Shown here one piece after another: positions 62,766-64,000 of a stretch of 64,000 bases of DNA. The DNA is from a virus: positions 96,001-160,000 of the IMG/VR virus record IMGVR_UViG_3300021364_003460, one strand, 5' to 3'. The stretch's first letter is position 1, and each line of letters starts with the position of its first letter. The translations under genes were made by a program, and so were the position numbers. The notes below the pieces were generated by a model that ran no database searches, was not told the origin of the DNA, and saw nothing but the letters and a program-made list of their open reading frames with translations.

Positions 62766-64000
62766 ACCAGTAACCTATTCCTTTCTGTTGAGTAAAACTA
62801 ATTTTGTCTTTAATTGCTTGAATAGTAGAATTAGGAGTAAAGTTAACTTTTTCTGCACCTAACTTTCCATTACTATTTCCACCATCTATAGTAGGATGTC
62901 TTCTTAATGAAGTGGGTATCAAGACAGCATCTACAATAAGTGACCTTGGTTTAGGTTTATAAGGAGTTCTTTCTATAAGACTTGTACCTGTAGCTATCTC
63001 TAAACCTTCAGGTATCTGCAATATATCAATTACTTCTTTAACTTCTTCTTTAGTTCTCTTAAATGCAGTAAACTCTAAAGCATGAGGATATACTAAAGCT
63101 GATAAAACATCTGTATACTGACTTATGGTATAAACTGCTTTTAATACTTCTAAAGCTACATCTTCAGCAGTAGCATTTACCAAATTAATATCTAGTGTTT
63201 TATCTGTAGAGTTTAAGAAAGAGAATATTTCAGGAACATCAGTTAATTTAGTAGAAGCACACCTTAATTTTAGTAATCCTGTTACTGAAGTAAATCCTTC
63301 TTCTAACTTAAAATAGAAAGTATTAATTAAACTATTAGAAGCTGCTGAACTCTCCCTACCTCCTATAGTCTTAAGAGTACCTTCTTTAACATCTAATAGT
63401 AGGGATTTTGGTCCAAGTTTATCTAATTTAGTAAAATCATTTTCTAAACCATACAATAGACCTTCTACATAATCTTGAGATATGTTTCTATATGTACTTA
63501 AGTTCTCATGAGGGCTAAATAATAATTCCCAATAGTCAGCAGAACTATTAGGTACATTATCTAAAGAATCTTGTTTACATACATAGCTTCTAGAGTTGTA
63601 GTCTACTATATTACCTATAGAGTAGTTAGTAGAGTTATCCCAAGTCCCTATATAAGTAAAACTGGGTATATTAAGTTGAGATAACTTAGTAGTAGCTAAA
63701 CTAACTTTATCTAAAGTATAAAACTTCAGAATAATAAGCTCTCTGTTAATTACTGAAGATACTCTTCTAGGACTAAAAGATAAGTAGTCTATTCTAGGTT
63801 GTAATTTAAAAGTGGCTGGCTTTCTATCATAAGTTTTATCTACTTCATTTGAATATAACTTCTGTTTAAAAGTAGATATAGAAGTAGATAGTAGAGTACC
63901 AAGGTTAGGTGCAGCTATTATATTAGTATCTCTAGTTAAGCCAGCATCATTTAAACTATCAGCTAGATTAGTAATTATATCTTCTGAAGTATCTCCAGAT
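62755..64000 (-). CDS. virion protein (5'-partial, at least 414 aa) containing a CBM5/12-like carbohydrate-binding motif
   Basis: The frame of ORF 62755-63456 stays open to the window end. 63520-63660 encodes FTYIGTWDNSTNYSIGNIVDYNSRSYVCKQDSLDNVPNSSADYWELL. Confidence 0.7.
   Translation of the reverse strand, partial: SGDTSEDIITNLADSLNDAGLTRDTNIIAAPNLGTLLSTSISTFKQKLYSNEVDKTYDRKPATFKLQPRIDYLSFSPRRVSSVINRELIILKFYTLDKVSLATTKLSQLNIPSFTYIGTWDNSTNYSIGNIVDYNSRSYVCKQDSLDNVPNSSADYWELLFSPHENLSTYRNISQDYVEGLLYGLENDFTKLDKLGPKSLLLDVKEGTLKTIGGRESSAASNSLINTFYFKLEEGFTSVTGLLKLRCASTKLTDVPEIFSFLNSTDKTLDINLVNATAEDVALEVLKAVYTISQYTDVLSALVYPHALEFTAFKRTKEEVKEVIDILQIPEGLEIATGTSLIERTPYKPKPRSLIVDAVLIPTSLRRHPTIDGGNSNGKLGAEKVNFTPNSTIQAIKDKISFTQQKGIGYWYVR

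Noticed and set aside
1-64000. Genome-wide TAG-to-amino-acid recoding, suggested by in-frame ambers at 21791, 21827, 24821, 26031 and 57033
   Set aside because: Multi-kb ORFs contain no in-frame TAG. TAG clearly terminates the recombinase, the flavoprotein and the 27363 gene at coupled overlaps.
1-64000. CRISPR array or IS element
   Set aside because: No regularly spaced repeats, cas genes or transposase motifs were seen; intergenic space is minimal.

Overview
This AT-rich window (about 30% GC by eye, with CG dinucleotides strongly avoided) looks like part of a large contractile-tailed phage genome. The host is most likely a cyanobacterium: there are two HIP1 octamers, a XisF-like recombinase and cyanobacterial-type domains. 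No host genes are visible. Most of the window is a minus-strand morphogenesis cluster encoding tail sheath, tube, baseplate hub, J, gp25-like and gp8-like proteins, two DUF4815 paralogs, a tail fibre and the terminase large subunit. It also encodes several peptidoglycan hydrolases and a 2796-aa protein with an N-terminal thermonuclease domain. A mostly plus-strand accessory island (about 21.5-32.2 kb) interrupts the cluster. The island carries a large serine recombinase with a candidate attP, a DUF932 protein, an FHA protein, a holin-like protein, an exonuclease-less family A polymerase-like protein and small or decayed genes. The left end holds a 5'-partial RNA ligase gene. Two genes downstream of it is the most striking signal: a 56-nt, perfectly paired tRNA scaffold (acceptor, D and T arms) with no anticodon arm. 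All family assignments come from motif recognition by eye; no database search was run.
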